Assembly: GCA_022797375.1 (NCBI GenBank) | Contig: JAAWKM010000001.1 | Coordinates: 2,332-66,331, forward strand | Length of the DNA stretch: 64,000 nucleotides | DNA from: Lachnospiraceae bacterium | GTDB taxonomy: Bacteria > Bacillota > Clostridia > Lachnospirales > Lachnospiraceae | Direction of reading: 5' to 3' | Part shown: piece after piece, positions 1 through 9,817 of the stretch | Layout of the letters: each line of letters opens with the position of its first letter | How positions within the stretch are numbered: position 1 is the stretch's first letter | The notes under the pieces: generated by a model | Database searches by the model: none | What the model was told of the DNA's origin: nothing | Seen by the model: the letters and a program-made list of their open reading frames with translations, nothing else | Program-made: the position numbers and the translations under genes

Positions 1-32
1 GAAATTATAGAAATTAAGATAACTATAGCATA

Positions 33-63
33 TAAAAAATAAACCACCAGAAAACTGGTGGTT
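33..63 (-). terminator. Rho-independent terminator downstream of the DUF1292 gene
   Basis: Perfect 9-bp stem aaccaccag/ctggtggtt (42-50/55-63), 4-nt loop, T-run on the minus strand (complement of 33-41). Confidence 0.7.
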
Positions 64-95
64 GAAAATATTTTGCAAGTTAATGTCTGGCTGGT

Positions 96-476
96 TTATT
101 TAATTCTGACACCAGGTACATAACTTCCAATATCATTAAGATATTCTTCATCATTATATAGTTCATTAGTAGCTTTATCAAAGTATTGTTCAAATGCAGA
201 AGCAACTGACTGTAATTCATCATCATCAGTAATCCCTTCAAATTCAGGATTGCCTTCTTCATCTTCTGAATATCTGAAAAGAATTAACTCATCTTCCGGG
301 ATTTCTTCATTTGGGTTTATAGGGAGTACAGCTACGTATTCCTTTTCAAGTTCTTCGATTTCCAAAGCAGCAATTATTTCTACGTCAAATTCGTCACTTG
401 TTTCTGGTGCAATGGTTACGATAACTGTTTCATCATCAGATTCATTAAAAAATAAATTTTTATTTTTGGTGTTCAT
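96..476 (-). CDS. DUF1292-family small acidic protein
   Basis: 126-aa highly acidic ORF; the segment IIAALEIEELEKEYVAVLPINP...ILFRYSEDEEGNPEFEGITDDDE matches the DUF1292 pattern; SD aaaggaa upstream. Confidence 0.7.
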   Translation of the reverse strand: MNTKNKNLFFNESDDETVIVTIAPETSDEFDVEIIAALEIEELEKEYVAVLPINPNEEIPEDELILFRYSEDEEGNPEFEGITDDDELQSVASAFEQYFDKATNELYNDEEYLNDIGSYVPGVRIK

Positions 477-641
477 ATAAATTCCTTTCTTAACATCTTA
501 AATGTAGATATCAGTTTGAGTAAAAAATAAACTATTTATAATATACCATCTACCAGGGCAGGTGTCAATTATGTAAAGAATTATTAGAAGAATATTTGGA
601 AATAAATGTAAAAATAGATTTTAGCTGCTTTTTATTTAGAG

Positions 642-1589
642 TCAGTTATCACTATCAGGCACTGGACTGCTGGAATTATTTGTATTTAACAGATGCTGGC
701 GGCCCTCATTATCCATTTCGTAGTTATCTTTATAGATAAGCTCAGACATTGTTACTAATGTAAATCCCTTTTCTTTAAGACCTGTAATAAGCTGTTCAAG
801 TGCCTGGGCTGTATATTTTGCTCCATTGTGGCAGAGAATTATAGAACCATTGCCAAGATGCTTGTGGTTTAAAACAGTATTTAATATGGAATCTGTTCCA
901 TAGTCTTTCCAGTCGAGGCTGTCCACATCCCATTGTATTGCATTATAGCCACATTCTTTAACTACATTTATAAGATTATCATTATAATCCCCATATGGAG
1001 GCCTGAAAACATGCATATCAGTACCTGTTAATTCCTTAACCTTCTCATGTACTTTCATAATCTCATCTTTACATTCACCAGCAGATAATGTTGACATTTG
1101 TTTATGGTTTTCACTATGGTTGCCAAGTTCATGGCCAGCTTTGGCAATAGCCTTTACATCATCAGGATAGGATTCTACCCATCCCCCAGTCATAAAAAAT
1201 GTTACATGCACATTATGCTTCTTTAAAATATCAAGTATTTTTTGTGTATCTTCATTCCCCCATGCAGCATCAAAGCTTAAAGCAACATTTTTCTTAGGTG
1301 TATCAACACAGTAAATTGGCAGTTCCTTATTTGATATCCTGTTACTGATAACTGATGTTACAGATTCTGTACCAGTGAGCTTTTCTCCATATGCAATAGC
1401 AATGCTCGCAAGGAGTATAACTGATAATACAACAAGCCCGCTTCTCATAAATGATGGAAAATTTGTATCTTTTTGTATATTAGAATTCTGGTTATCCTGG
1501 TCTCTCTTAGCCAGTGGTACTTTTTGTTTTGGAATATTCCCATCTTTTGCATGGTAAGTTTCATTCAGGAATTTTGAAAAATGTTTCAT
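642..1589 (-). CDS. Membrane-anchored polysaccharide deacetylase (NodB homology domain)
   Basis: VALSFDAAWGNEDT...VTFFMTGGWVE...GHELGNHSENH NodB motifs; N-terminal TM helix; SD aaggag. Confidence 0.85.
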   Translation of the reverse strand: MKHFSKFLNETYHAKDGNIPKQKVPLAKRDQDNQNSNIQKDTNFPSFMRSGLVVLSVILLASIAIAYGEKLTGTESVTSVISNRISNKELPIYCVDTPKKNVALSFDAAWGNEDTQKILDILKKHNVHVTFFMTGGWVESYPDDVKAIAKAGHELGNHSENHKQMSTLSAGECKDEIMKVHEKVKELTGTDMHVFRPPYGDYNDNLINVVKECGYNAIQWDVDSLDWKDYGTDSILNTVLNHKHLGNGSIILCHNGAKYTAQALEQLITGLKEKGFTLVTMSELIYKDNYEMDNEGRQHLLNTNNSSSPVPDSDN

Positions 1590-1777
1590 TTTGTTTTCTC
1601 CTTACTTATATCTAATGACACTTATTTTTGTAATAATATATGAAAATATAAGGGAAAAATGCACTTATTCTTAGACAAAGACACATATATAAGGTATAAT
1701 ATTTCCAGGCAGGATGGACAGGGTATGTCCTGGTGATGGAAATATATATTAAAAATAATTATATAATTGGAGGCTAT

Positions 1778-2551
1778 ATGACTGGATTAGAAAAATACTA
1801 CAATAAATTTTGTGAAGATAAAAGGCTGTTAAGGCGGCATGGACAGGTGGAATATATAACTTCCATGAAATATATACATGAATTTTTGGGAGAGAACAAG
1901 AACCAGAAAATAATTGATATAGGTGCTGGTACAGGCAGATATTCTGTCTGTCTTGCAAATGAAGGTTATAATGTTACTGCTGTTGAACTTGTCAAATATA
2001 ATTTAGGCATATTAAAATCTAAAAAAAGCAATGTAAAGGCTTTACAGGGCAATGCCCTTGATTTATCAAGATTTTGTGAGAACAGTTTTGATATAGCGAT
2101 AGTATTTGGGCCTATGTACCATCTTTTTACATTTGATGACAAAGTAAAAGTGTTAAACGAAGCAAAACGGGTTACGAAGCAGAATGGTTATATATTTGTT
2201 GCATATTGTATGAATGAATATAGTATAATTACATACGCTTTTAAGAAAAATTTTGCCAGACAGTGTATTGCAGATGGAAAGATTGACCAGAGTTTCCACT
2301 GTATATGTAGTGAAGATGACCTGTATGATTATGTCAGGCTTGAGGATATAGACAAAATTAATAATGCAGCAGGGTTAAAGCGCGTAAAAATAATAGCAGC
2401 AGACGGTCCAGCAGATTATATGCGCCAGGTTCTTGGAAGTATGGATGAAGAAACTTTCCAGATATTTATAGATTACCATTTAAGCACATGTGAAAGAAAA
2501 GATTTGCTTGGTGCAAGTGCACATACACTGGATATATTACAAAATATATAG
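1778..2551 (+). CDS. Class I SAM-dependent methyltransferase
   Basis: IIDIGAGTGRYS SAM-binding motif I; start moved to the ATG at 1778, preceded by ggagg. Confidence 0.8.
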   Translation: MTGLEKYYNKFCEDKRLLRRHGQVEYITSMKYIHEFLGENKNQKIIDIGAGTGRYSVCLANEGYNVTAVELVKYNLGILKSKKSNVKALQGNALDLSRFCENSFDIAIVFGPMYHLFTFDDKVKVLNEAKRVTKQNGYIFVAYCMNEYSIITYAFKKNFARQCIADGKIDQSFHCICSEDDLYDYVRLEDIDKINNAAGLKRVKIIAADGPADYMRQVLGSMDEETFQIFIDYHLSTCERKDLLGASAHTLDILQNI

Positions 2552-2751
2552 TATGGGATATAATAATGGCTGACAAGGAACCACTAAAGACACAAAGCAT
2601 TAAAACCATCATAGCTAATGCCTTTGTGTCCTGCCAGAAAGTGCATAGGCTTTCTGGCATAAAAACCATTAACAGCAGTCTGTGTTTTTATTTAAAATAC
2701 CAGATTAACATTGGGTTTTTAAATTTATATCCCTGTGTTAATTATTTTAAG

Positions 2752-3120
2752 TTAATTATGTTTTGAACAATATTCTTTTATTGCAGCAAAACTTTCAGCG
2801 CTTATAACGTGTTCTATCCTGCATGCATCTTCAGTTGCAACTTGCTCATCAACGCCAAGTGAAACAAGCCATTTAGAGATAAATTCATGTCTTTCATATA
2901 TCATAGAAGCAATGTTATTCCCTTCATCAGTAAGATATATAAATCCAGCGTCTGTAACAGTAATATATTTCTTTTCCTTAAGGTTTTTCATTGCTACACT
3001 TACACTTGATTTTTTAAACCCAAGTTCATTAGAGATATCAACTGAACGTACAACAGGAAGCTTCTTGCTTAAAACCAGTATTGTTTCAAGATAATTCTCA
3101 GCCGATTCATTTACTTTCAT
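2752..3120 (-). CDS. DtxR/MntR-family metal-dependent transcriptional regulator
   Basis: AENYLETILVL...VRSVDISNELGFKKSSVSVAMKNLKEKKYI winged-helix N-terminus typical of MntR/DtxR; start at the second ATG is likelier. Confidence 0.75.
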   Translation of the reverse strand: MKVNESAENYLETILVLSKKLPVVRSVDISNELGFKKSSVSVAMKNLKEKKYITVTDAGFIYLTDEGNNIASMIYERHEFISKWLVSLGVDEQVATEDACRIEHVISAESFAAIKEYCSKHN

Positions 3121-3250
3121 AGTACACCCCATCCAATAAAATTTTTAAGAACTTTCTATAATTAGCAGGGAATTTAAACTTCTAAAAACCTGCCTTTTAT
3201 TTATAATATAATAGCACAAATGAAAAATTAAGTAAAGCTGGTATGCAAGA

Positions 3251-3319
3251 CATGTCCATTTCATAAAAATCCCCATGCTGTGCTTTGCACGGCATGGGGA
3301 TTTTTATGAAACGGATGTG
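3251..3319. repeat. Long near-perfect palindrome (about 28-bp arms); right arm shared with 23255-23277
   Basis: catgtccatttcataaaaatccccatgc / gcatggggatttttatgaaacggatgtg; the 23-nt core gggatttttatgaaacgga(c/t)gtg recurs at 23255-23277. Confidence 0.6.
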
Positions 3320-3338
3320 AATTGCAGATAAAAATAAG

Positions 3339-3367
3339 TTGCGCCAGGGATATTTTTGGTTTATACT
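3339..3367 (+). promoter_or_regulatory. Candidate sigmaA promoter of the metF operon
   Basis: TTGCGC - 17 nt - TATACT, about 90 nt upstream of the metF ATG. Confidence 0.4.
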
Positions 3368-3455
3368 ATTATGAGCCAGAAATATAAGAGCAGTACAGGA
3401 AAGGATTTCTTCATTTTAAGTAAGACATACAATATGAAGAAAAGTGGAGGTATAT

Positions 3456-4328
3456 ATGAAAATTACAGAATTATTAAAAGACAACAAGGTTACACTATCT
3501 ATGGAAGTTTTTCCTCCTAAAACAACCACTGCATTTGAAAATGTTATAGAAGCAGTTAAAAAAATATCAGCGCTTAAGCCTGATTTTATAAGTGTTACAT
3601 ATGGGGCAGGCGGCGGTACAAGTGAACATACAATAAATATTGCAAAGGATATAAAGGATGCATATGGTGTAAGTTCTATGGCGCACCTAACATGTGTATC
3701 TTCTACAAAAGAAACTGTAGAGAACCAGTTAATAAAAATGAAAGAATCTGGAATTGAAAATGTGCTTGCATTAAGAGGTGATATACCTGGTGAAACTGAT
3801 TTTCCGCTTCCATGCCAGTTCCATTATGCGGCAGACCTTGTAAGTGAAATTAAACGCATAGCACCAGAAATGTGCATTGGAGGAGCTTGTTATCCAGAGG
3901 GGCATCCAGAGGCAGCCAATAAAGCGGAAGATATAAAGCATATTAAAGAAAAAGTTGAGGCAGGATGTGAATTCCTGACTTCACAGATGTTTTATGACAA
4001 TTCAATTTTCTATAATTATTTATACCGGCTACGAGAGGCAGGAATTATGGTTCCTGTTATAGCAGGAATTATGCCAGTTACTAAAAAGAGCCAGTTTGCC
4101 AAAAGTATACAGTTGTCAGGATGCTGTATGCCGGCAAAGTTTAAGGCAATAGTTGACTGGTTTGGCAGTGAGCCGTTAAAAATGCAACAGGCAGGGATTG
4201 CGTATGCGACAGGACAGATTATTGACCTTATTGCAAACGGGGTATACCATATCCATATTTATACAATGAATAATCCAGAGGTTGCAAAAGGCATTATGAA
4301 GAATTTATCAGAAATAATAGGGAAATAG
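3456..4328 (+). CDS. metF: 5,10-methylenetetrahydrofolate reductase
   Basis: SMEVFPPKT...FISVTYGAGGGT...LRGD motifs; ggagg SD before the ATG at 3456. Confidence 0.9.
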   Translation: MKITELLKDNKVTLSMEVFPPKTTTAFENVIEAVKKISALKPDFISVTYGAGGGTSEHTINIAKDIKDAYGVSSMAHLTCVSSTKETVENQLIKMKESGIENVLALRGDIPGETDFPLPCQFHYAADLVSEIKRIAPEMCIGGACYPEGHPEAANKAEDIKHIKEKVEAGCEFLTSQMFYDNSIFYNYLYRLREAGIMVPVIAGIMPVTKKSQFAKSIQLSGCCMPAKFKAIVDWFGSEPLKMQQAGIAYATGQIIDLIANGVYHIHIYTMNNPEVAKGIMKNLSEIIGK

Positions 4329-4344
4329 CAGAAGGATTTATAAT

Positions 4345-5463
4345 ATGAAGAAATTAATAAAGACTGCTGTTATGGCTGGTATTACGTGTTTATGTGTCTT
4401 TGCAATAACAGGTACAGAAAACAGCGTTATAAGTGTACAACAGGAAGGAAACAGAACCGTAAAAGCAGAAACAAGGCAATCTAAAAAAACTTATAAATAT
4501 AAACAGGATAAGAAAAAGACCAGCAAATTTAGCAGTATAAAAGCAGAGTGTAACAGCCTGGATATAGTTATAGACAAGTCTGGCAGCAGGGACTTTTATG
4601 TATCATATAACCTGGATTGTAAAAACAAAAGCAATCCTGTATCATATAAAGTAGAAGATGGTGTGCTTTATATTAAAGAAAAAAAACTGGAATGGCCATC
4701 TTCATATGTTTATATAAATAACCAGGATAAACTGGGCAAGAATGTAAATTATAAAAATTTTGTTAATAAAATTTATGTGCATATACCACCGGATACTAAT
4801 TTAAAGAATATTGGATTTGATACAGAAATGGGAGATTTATATATTAAAAATATTTCTGTGGAAGATGGAAAACTTAATACAGAAAGCGGGGATTTAGATA
4901 TAACCAGTTCTAAAATTTCAGGAAACTTTGATATAAAAACTGGAAGTGGTGATGTGGATATTGATAAATCTGATGTTAATAATATTTTAAAAATCAAAAC
5001 TGAAAGCGGGGATTTTGAATTTTATAATTCTGGCATAAACGGGCAGTTATATGTGAATACAGGCAGTGGGGATGTAAATATTGACAAATCTGTTATTAAT
5101 AAAATATTTAAAACCACAACAGAAAGCGGTGATGTAGAAGCTTATAATTCTAAGGTAAAAGGAAAGCTGGATATCCAGACATCAAGTGGTGATGTAGATA
5201 TTGCAAACCTGGATATTTCAGGAAATGCAGATATCCAGACATCAAGCGGTGATGTGGACATGGCGTTTAATAAAAAGAATATAGAAAAGCTTGGCGTTAC
5301 TATAGTTGCGAAAGATGGAGATATGTATATTAATAAGTCATATAAAGGGACAAAAAGAAAAAAAGGGGATGGTTATATTTATACAAGAAATGTAAACGGG
5401 AATAAAAATACAAAACCATTTCTTAATGTAATTGCCGGGTGGGGCGATATTGAACTGGACTAA
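4345..5463 (+). CDS. Secreted DUF4097-type beta-strand repeat (adhesin-like) protein
   Basis: Signal/TM N-terminus; about 8 repeats of (E/G)SGD(V/L/F)(D/E/N)I every roughly 20-40 aa. Confidence 0.7.
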   Translation: MKKLIKTAVMAGITCLCVFAITGTENSVISVQQEGNRTVKAETRQSKKTYKYKQDKKKTSKFSSIKAECNSLDIVIDKSGSRDFYVSYNLDCKNKSNPVSYKVEDGVLYIKEKKLEWPSSYVYINNQDKLGKNVNYKNFVNKIYVHIPPDTNLKNIGFDTEMGDLYIKNISVEDGKLNTESGDLDITSSKISGNFDIKTGSGDVDIDKSDVNNILKIKTESGDFEFYNSGINGQLYVNTGSGDVNIDKSVINKIFKTTTESGDVEAYNSKVKGKLDIQTSSGDVDIANLDISGNADIQTSSGDVDMAFNKKNIEKLGVTIVAKDGDMYINKSYKGTKRKKGDGYIYTRNVNGNKNTKPFLNVIAGWGDIELD

Positions 5464-5504
5464 TGGTAGTAATTTTAATTTAGAAAACTGGAGGAATAAA
5501 TTTT

Positions 5505-6785
5505 ATGGATGGAAAACGTATTGAAACAAAGTGCATACATGAGGGGTACAAGCCTGGCAATGGTGAACCAAGACAGGTTCCTATATACCAGAGCACCACA
5601 TTTAAGTATGATACAAGTGATGAGATGGGGCAGCTGTTTGACCTTGAGAAAGAAGGATATTTTTATACAAGGCTGCAGAACCCGACAAATGATGCCGTTG
5701 CGGCAAAGATTGCAGCATTAGAAGGCGGAGTAGCTGCTATGCTTACGTCTTCAGGACAGGCCGCCAATTTTATGGCTGTATTTAATATATGTGAAGCAGG
5801 AGACCATTTTATATCTTCATCTTCTATATATGGAGGAACATTTAACCTTTTTACAGTTACAATGAAGAAAATGGGCATTGAGTGCACAGTTATTGACCAG
5901 GAATTGCCAGAAGAAGAAATTGATAAATTATTTAAGCCAAATACAAAGGCTGTTTTTGGTGAAACTATTACAAATCCAACAGTAAATATATTTGATATAG
6001 AAAAATTTGCCAGGATTGCGCACAAACATGGTGTGCCACTTATTGTAGATAATACATTTGCAACGCCTGTAAACTGCCGCCCGTTTGAATGGGGAGCTGA
6101 TATAGTTACACATTCTACAACAAAATATATGGATGGCCATGCAGCAGGTGTTGGAGGCTGTATAGTTGATAGTGGTAATTTTGACTGGATGGCATATGCA
6201 GATAAATTTCCAGGCCTGACAACTCCTGATGAATCATACCATGGCATAACATATGCTACACGTTTTGGAAAAGGTGCATATATAACTAAAGCAACAGCGC
6301 AGCTTATGAGGGATTTAGGATGTATACAGTCACCACAGAATGCTTTTTACTTAAACCTGGGGCTTGAATCACTTCCTTTAAGGATGAAGCAGCATTGCAG
6401 CAGTGCACTGAAAGTAGCAGAGTATCTTGTTAAGCATGAAAAAGTTGCATGGGTAAAATACCCTGCACTCCCATCAGACAATTCATATAGTTTATTTAAA
6501 AAATATACGCCTGATGGTTCATGCGGGGTACTTTGTTTCGGTCTTAAAGGCGGAAGGGATATTTCAGTAAGTTTTATGGATAAGTTAAAACTTGCAAGCA
6601 TAGAAACACATGTAGCAGATTCAAGGACATGCCTGCTGCACCCTGCGAGCCATACACACAGGCAGATGACAGAGCAGCAGCTTATAGAAGCAGGGGTTGC
6701 CCCGGACCTTATAAGGTTTTCTGTAGGACTTGAAAATCCAGAAGATATTATTGCAGATTTAGAACAGGCACTGGAACAAATATAG
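5505..6785 (+). CDS. metY: O-acetylhomoserine sulfhydrylase (PLP-dependent Cys/Met metabolism family)
   Basis: 426 aa; SGQAA, HSTTKYMDGH (PLP lysine) and ...HPASHTHRQ motifs. Confidence 0.9.
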   Translation: MDGKRIETKCIHEGYKPGNGEPRQVPIYQSTTFKYDTSDEMGQLFDLEKEGYFYTRLQNPTNDAVAAKIAALEGGVAAMLTSSGQAANFMAVFNICEAGDHFISSSSIYGGTFNLFTVTMKKMGIECTVIDQELPEEEIDKLFKPNTKAVFGETITNPTVNIFDIEKFARIAHKHGVPLIVDNTFATPVNCRPFEWGADIVTHSTTKYMDGHAAGVGGCIVDSGNFDWMAYADKFPGLTTPDESYHGITYATRFGKGAYITKATAQLMRDLGCIQSPQNAFYLNLGLESLPLRMKQHCSSALKVAEYLVKHEKVAWVKYPALPSDNSYSLFKKYTPDGSCGVLCFGLKGGRDISVSFMDKLKLASIETHVADSRTCLLHPASHTHRQMTEQQLIEAGVAPDLIRFSVGLENPEDIIADLEQALEQI

Positions 6786-7049
6786 ATTACGTAAATATCC
6801 TTAGAGAAAATTATGGCTGTGATATAAAAGCATAAGATTTTTACAGGGTAGTGGTGTAAATGATACAAGAGATGCCACAACATAGCATTTATGCAACTAA
6901 TAGTTGCTTTTTTGCGCTTACCAGATTCTTTTATCTTCTTCTTATATGCTATATAATAGCAGTGAAGGAGTGATTAGTGTGAAAAATGATTCTAAGACAG
7001 CATTTTTCATTACTATTTGTGCCATGCAAAGCACGGCAGGGGGATTTTT

Positions 7050-7529
7050 ATGAACATAAATATTATATCAAGATATTTACAATTCCTGCGTAAAAGCCAT
7101 AATTATACACAAGAAGAATTAGCGGAAAAATTAGGCATATCAAGACAGGCAGTTTCAAAATGGGAAGCAGGAACAACTATTCCCGGCTTGGAGATTTTAC
7201 TGGAAATTTCCAAATTATATAATGTTACAATAAATGATATATTAGAGCCAGATATACAGCCAAAACGGATAACGGATTTTGAGCAGATATCTGCAATTCC
7301 AGAAAAGGAATTGCGGGAAATGCTAAAACTATTTGACATTGACATACTTGTTACAGCCTTAATGGGAGCTTCACCCGGAATTAACAGTTTGTGTGAGAAG
7401 CTTTTTCCAGATGTGGATTTTGAAATGACAAGAAATAACATTGGCAGGGTAAGAATTGAAACCGTTGAGGAAATGCAGAACCAGATTATTACTATGGTAA
7501 ATTTACAGCAAGCTGAAAGGAAAATATAG
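7050..7529 (+). CDS. XRE-family HTH regulator with FliG_C/MgtE_N-like C-terminal domain
   Basis: YTQEELAEKLGISRQAVSKWEAG HTH; C-terminal ILVTALMGASPGINSLCEKLF...IETVEEMQNQII resembles the FliG C-domain; SD aggggga. Confidence 0.75.
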   Translation: MNINIISRYLQFLRKSHNYTQEELAEKLGISRQAVSKWEAGTTIPGLEILLEISKLYNVTINDILEPDIQPKRITDFEQISAIPEKELREMLKLFDIDILVTALMGASPGINSLCEKLFPDVDFEMTRNNIGRVRIETVEEMQNQIITMVNLQQAERKI

Positions 7530-7693
7530 TATACAGAAAATTCATATGAATTCAAAAAGAATTTGTTGGAACTGTATAAGACATTGCACCCGGAAGATAT
7601 AAATGCAACAGAGGACACGCTGGATATTTTAACGACAGACAATAACAAATTGCTGTTGCTTTTTGAGGCACGATATCTTTATAATAGCGTAAC

Positions 7694-7734
7694 GGCGCAT
7701 GGAAACAATAAAATGTAAACCATGTGCCTTTTTT
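7694..7734 (+). terminator. Rho-independent terminator
   Basis: ggcgcatgg/ccatgtgcc 9-bp stem (one G-U), 17-nt loop, then tttttt. Confidence 0.5.
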
Positions 7735-8122
7735 GTGCCTAAAAGAAGGAACAATGGACGGCAACATCCAGACCAGAACCATATGGCGCTTAACTCTCTG
7801 TTTGCAAAAGAAAATTGATAAGACAACTTACCATTCAAACTAAGAAAAAGTAATGAAAAATAATGAATACATGCCTGACAGACTTCAGCAGGTTTTGCCG
7901 CTGGAAATATGTAACTGTTTGTGATAGAATAAATTCCAGCATTATAAGAAATCTGCATAGCATCCAATAATTAATTTATATATGTGTACAGTATGGATTA
8001 AAATTTATTTATAACAGGTGTGTGTCTGGAACTCTGATAACGGGACGGGCTTGTATATGGAAAATTCCAGATAGAAATTTAAATGGCAGACTGTATTTAA
8101 AGCTAAAGGGGGAGATGATTTA

Positions 8123-8848
8123 ATGAAGATTGCAGTTTGTGAGGACCAGGAAGAAGAGGCAGCCTGGTTATGTAATACAATACAAAGATGGGCAGCAGAC
8201 AACAGAATACAGGCGGAGGTTTTTTCATTTGGCAATGCATCTTCATTTCTGTTTTCATTAGAAGATAATATATATGATGCACTTTTCCTGGATATTAAAA
8301 TGCCTGGTGAAGATGGGGTTGCCTTGGCTAAAAGGCTTAGAAGAATGAAGGAAGATGTTTTTATTGTATTTGTGACAGGGGAAAAAGAATACATTATGGA
8401 AGGCTATGAGGTTGGGGCGGTAAATTACCTGGTTAAGCCTGTAGATATTGAAAAGATTTATTTATGTCTAAACAGAATCTATGAAAAGGCAGATTTGCAG
8501 GAACCATTTATAATAATTGATACAGGAGAGAAAACAGTAAAACTTTTGCAGAAAGAAATATATAAAATTGAGGTGTTTTCGCATAAATTAAATTATACAA
8601 CAGCAAAAGGGGAGTTTGAGGTATATTCTTCTTTAAAAGAAGCACAAAAAGAATTACAGGATAATTATTTTACTACATGCCACAGGGGTGTGCTTGTAAA
8701 TATTATGTATATAATTTCTATAGGAAAAAGCAGTCTGGTTATATCGGATGAAAAGACAGGTTTCCAGATGGAGGTACCTGTAAGCAGAAGGCTTTATAAC
8801 AAGGTAAATGAAGAATTTATAAGTTTCTATAAACAGGACAGGATATGA
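8123..8848 (+). CDS. LytTR-family response regulator (REC + LytTR DNA-binding domain)
   Basis: MKIAVCEDQ...ALFLDIKMPGEDG receiver; C-terminal ...CHRGVLVNIMYI... LytTR pattern. Confidence 0.85.
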   Translation: MKIAVCEDQEEEAAWLCNTIQRWAADNRIQAEVFSFGNASSFLFSLEDNIYDALFLDIKMPGEDGVALAKRLRRMKEDVFIVFVTGEKEYIMEGYEVGAVNYLVKPVDIEKIYLCLNRIYEKADLQEPFIIIDTGEKTVKLLQKEIYKIEVFSHKLNYTTAKGEFEVYSSLKEAQKELQDNYFTTCHRGVLVNIMYIISIGKSSLVISDEKTGFQMEVPVSRRLYNKVNEEFISFYKQDRI

Positions 8849-8920
8849 AATTTGGAATGTTTTATAATTTTATTCCAGAAAAAATAAAAAAATATTTGCA
8901 TATTAAAGCAGGAGGGGATT

Positions 8921-9649
8921 ATGGAATTTGCAGTTTTAATTTGCATAGTTATTGTATTAAGCATTGCTGTTGCAAGCATGTTAATTGTTAAAATATTTCT
9001 GCCAAAACATATTATAAAAGAACTGGAAAATTATGAGAATACTCTTGCTGGAAGACAGTTTGAAGAAATTAAAAACATATACCATGAAATGCGTGGATGG
9101 CGGCATGATTATAAAAACCATATGCAGGTGCTTAAAATTTATGTAGAAAACGGGCAGTGGGAGGAGTGTATTTCTTATATTTCACAGATTAATGAAGATT
9201 TAAATAGTGTTGATAATGTTATTAAAACTGGTAATGTAATGGCAGATGCCATTGTCAACAGCAAAGTTTCCCTGGCAAAGTCAAAGAATATAAAGCTTGA
9301 TGTAACAGCAAAAGTTCCTGGAGAACTGCCAGTTTCTGATGTGGAATTCTGCATACTTTTTGGCAACCTGATGGATAATGCAATAGAAGCATGTAATAAT
9401 ATTTTTTCGGAGGAACAAAGATTTATAAGAATATATATTGGGATATTTAAGAAGCAGTTTTATATTTCTGTAACTAATTCCACAAACCAGAAAAAAAGAC
9501 TGGAAAATTATTATTCAATAAAGGGTGAGGGACATGGTTTCGGACTGTACCGTATTGATAAAATTATTAAGGAAAGGCATGGTTATCTTAACCGTAAAGA
9601 TGAGCCAGGTGTTTTTTCAACAGAAATAATGCTGCCGTTTGTGCTTTAG
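8921..9649 (+). CDS. GHKL-type sensor histidine kinase (AgrC/HPK10-like, single TM)
   Basis: One N-terminal TM; RHDYKNHMQVL H-box; NLMDNAIEA and GHGFGLY ATPase motifs; directly follows the LytTR regulator. Confidence 0.8.
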   Translation: MEFAVLICIVIVLSIAVASMLIVKIFLPKHIIKELENYENTLAGRQFEEIKNIYHEMRGWRHDYKNHMQVLKIYVENGQWEECISYISQINEDLNSVDNVIKTGNVMADAIVNSKVSLAKSKNIKLDVTAKVPGELPVSDVEFCILFGNLMDNAIEACNNIFSEEQRFIRIYIGIFKKQFYISVTNSTNQKKRLENYYSIKGEGHGFGLYRIDKIIKERHGYLNRKDEPGVFSTEIMLPFVL

Positions 9650-9817
9650 GAAAAACCACTTGTGACAGACAGGGCATAAGGTAAATATTTTATGGTAATA
9701 TAATTGCAGGACATAAGTTCTGCAATTATTTTTGTTCTTTTATATAGTATTACATCCAGGCAAAATACATAAAATTTGGATGTCTGGATGCAACAAGACT
9801 GGACAGGAGGGGTAAAA

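Noticed and set aside
3133-3455. SAM (S-box) riboswitch or T-box leader upstream of metF
   Set aside because: The leader downstream of the candidate promoter is only about 90 nt. It lacks S-box core sequences and a T-box specifier/antiterminator arrangement. The large hairpin is a repeat element also found near secG.
5663-6883. Minus-strand ORFs of 178-194 aa antisense to metY
   Set aside because: They are antisense shadows of a well-supported PLP-enzyme gene, with no SD and low-complexity translations.
7527-7529. Pyrrolysine or other recoding of UAG
   Set aside because: TAG is used as an ordinary stop by metF (4326-4328) and metY (6783-6785) in the same window. No pyl genes are seen.
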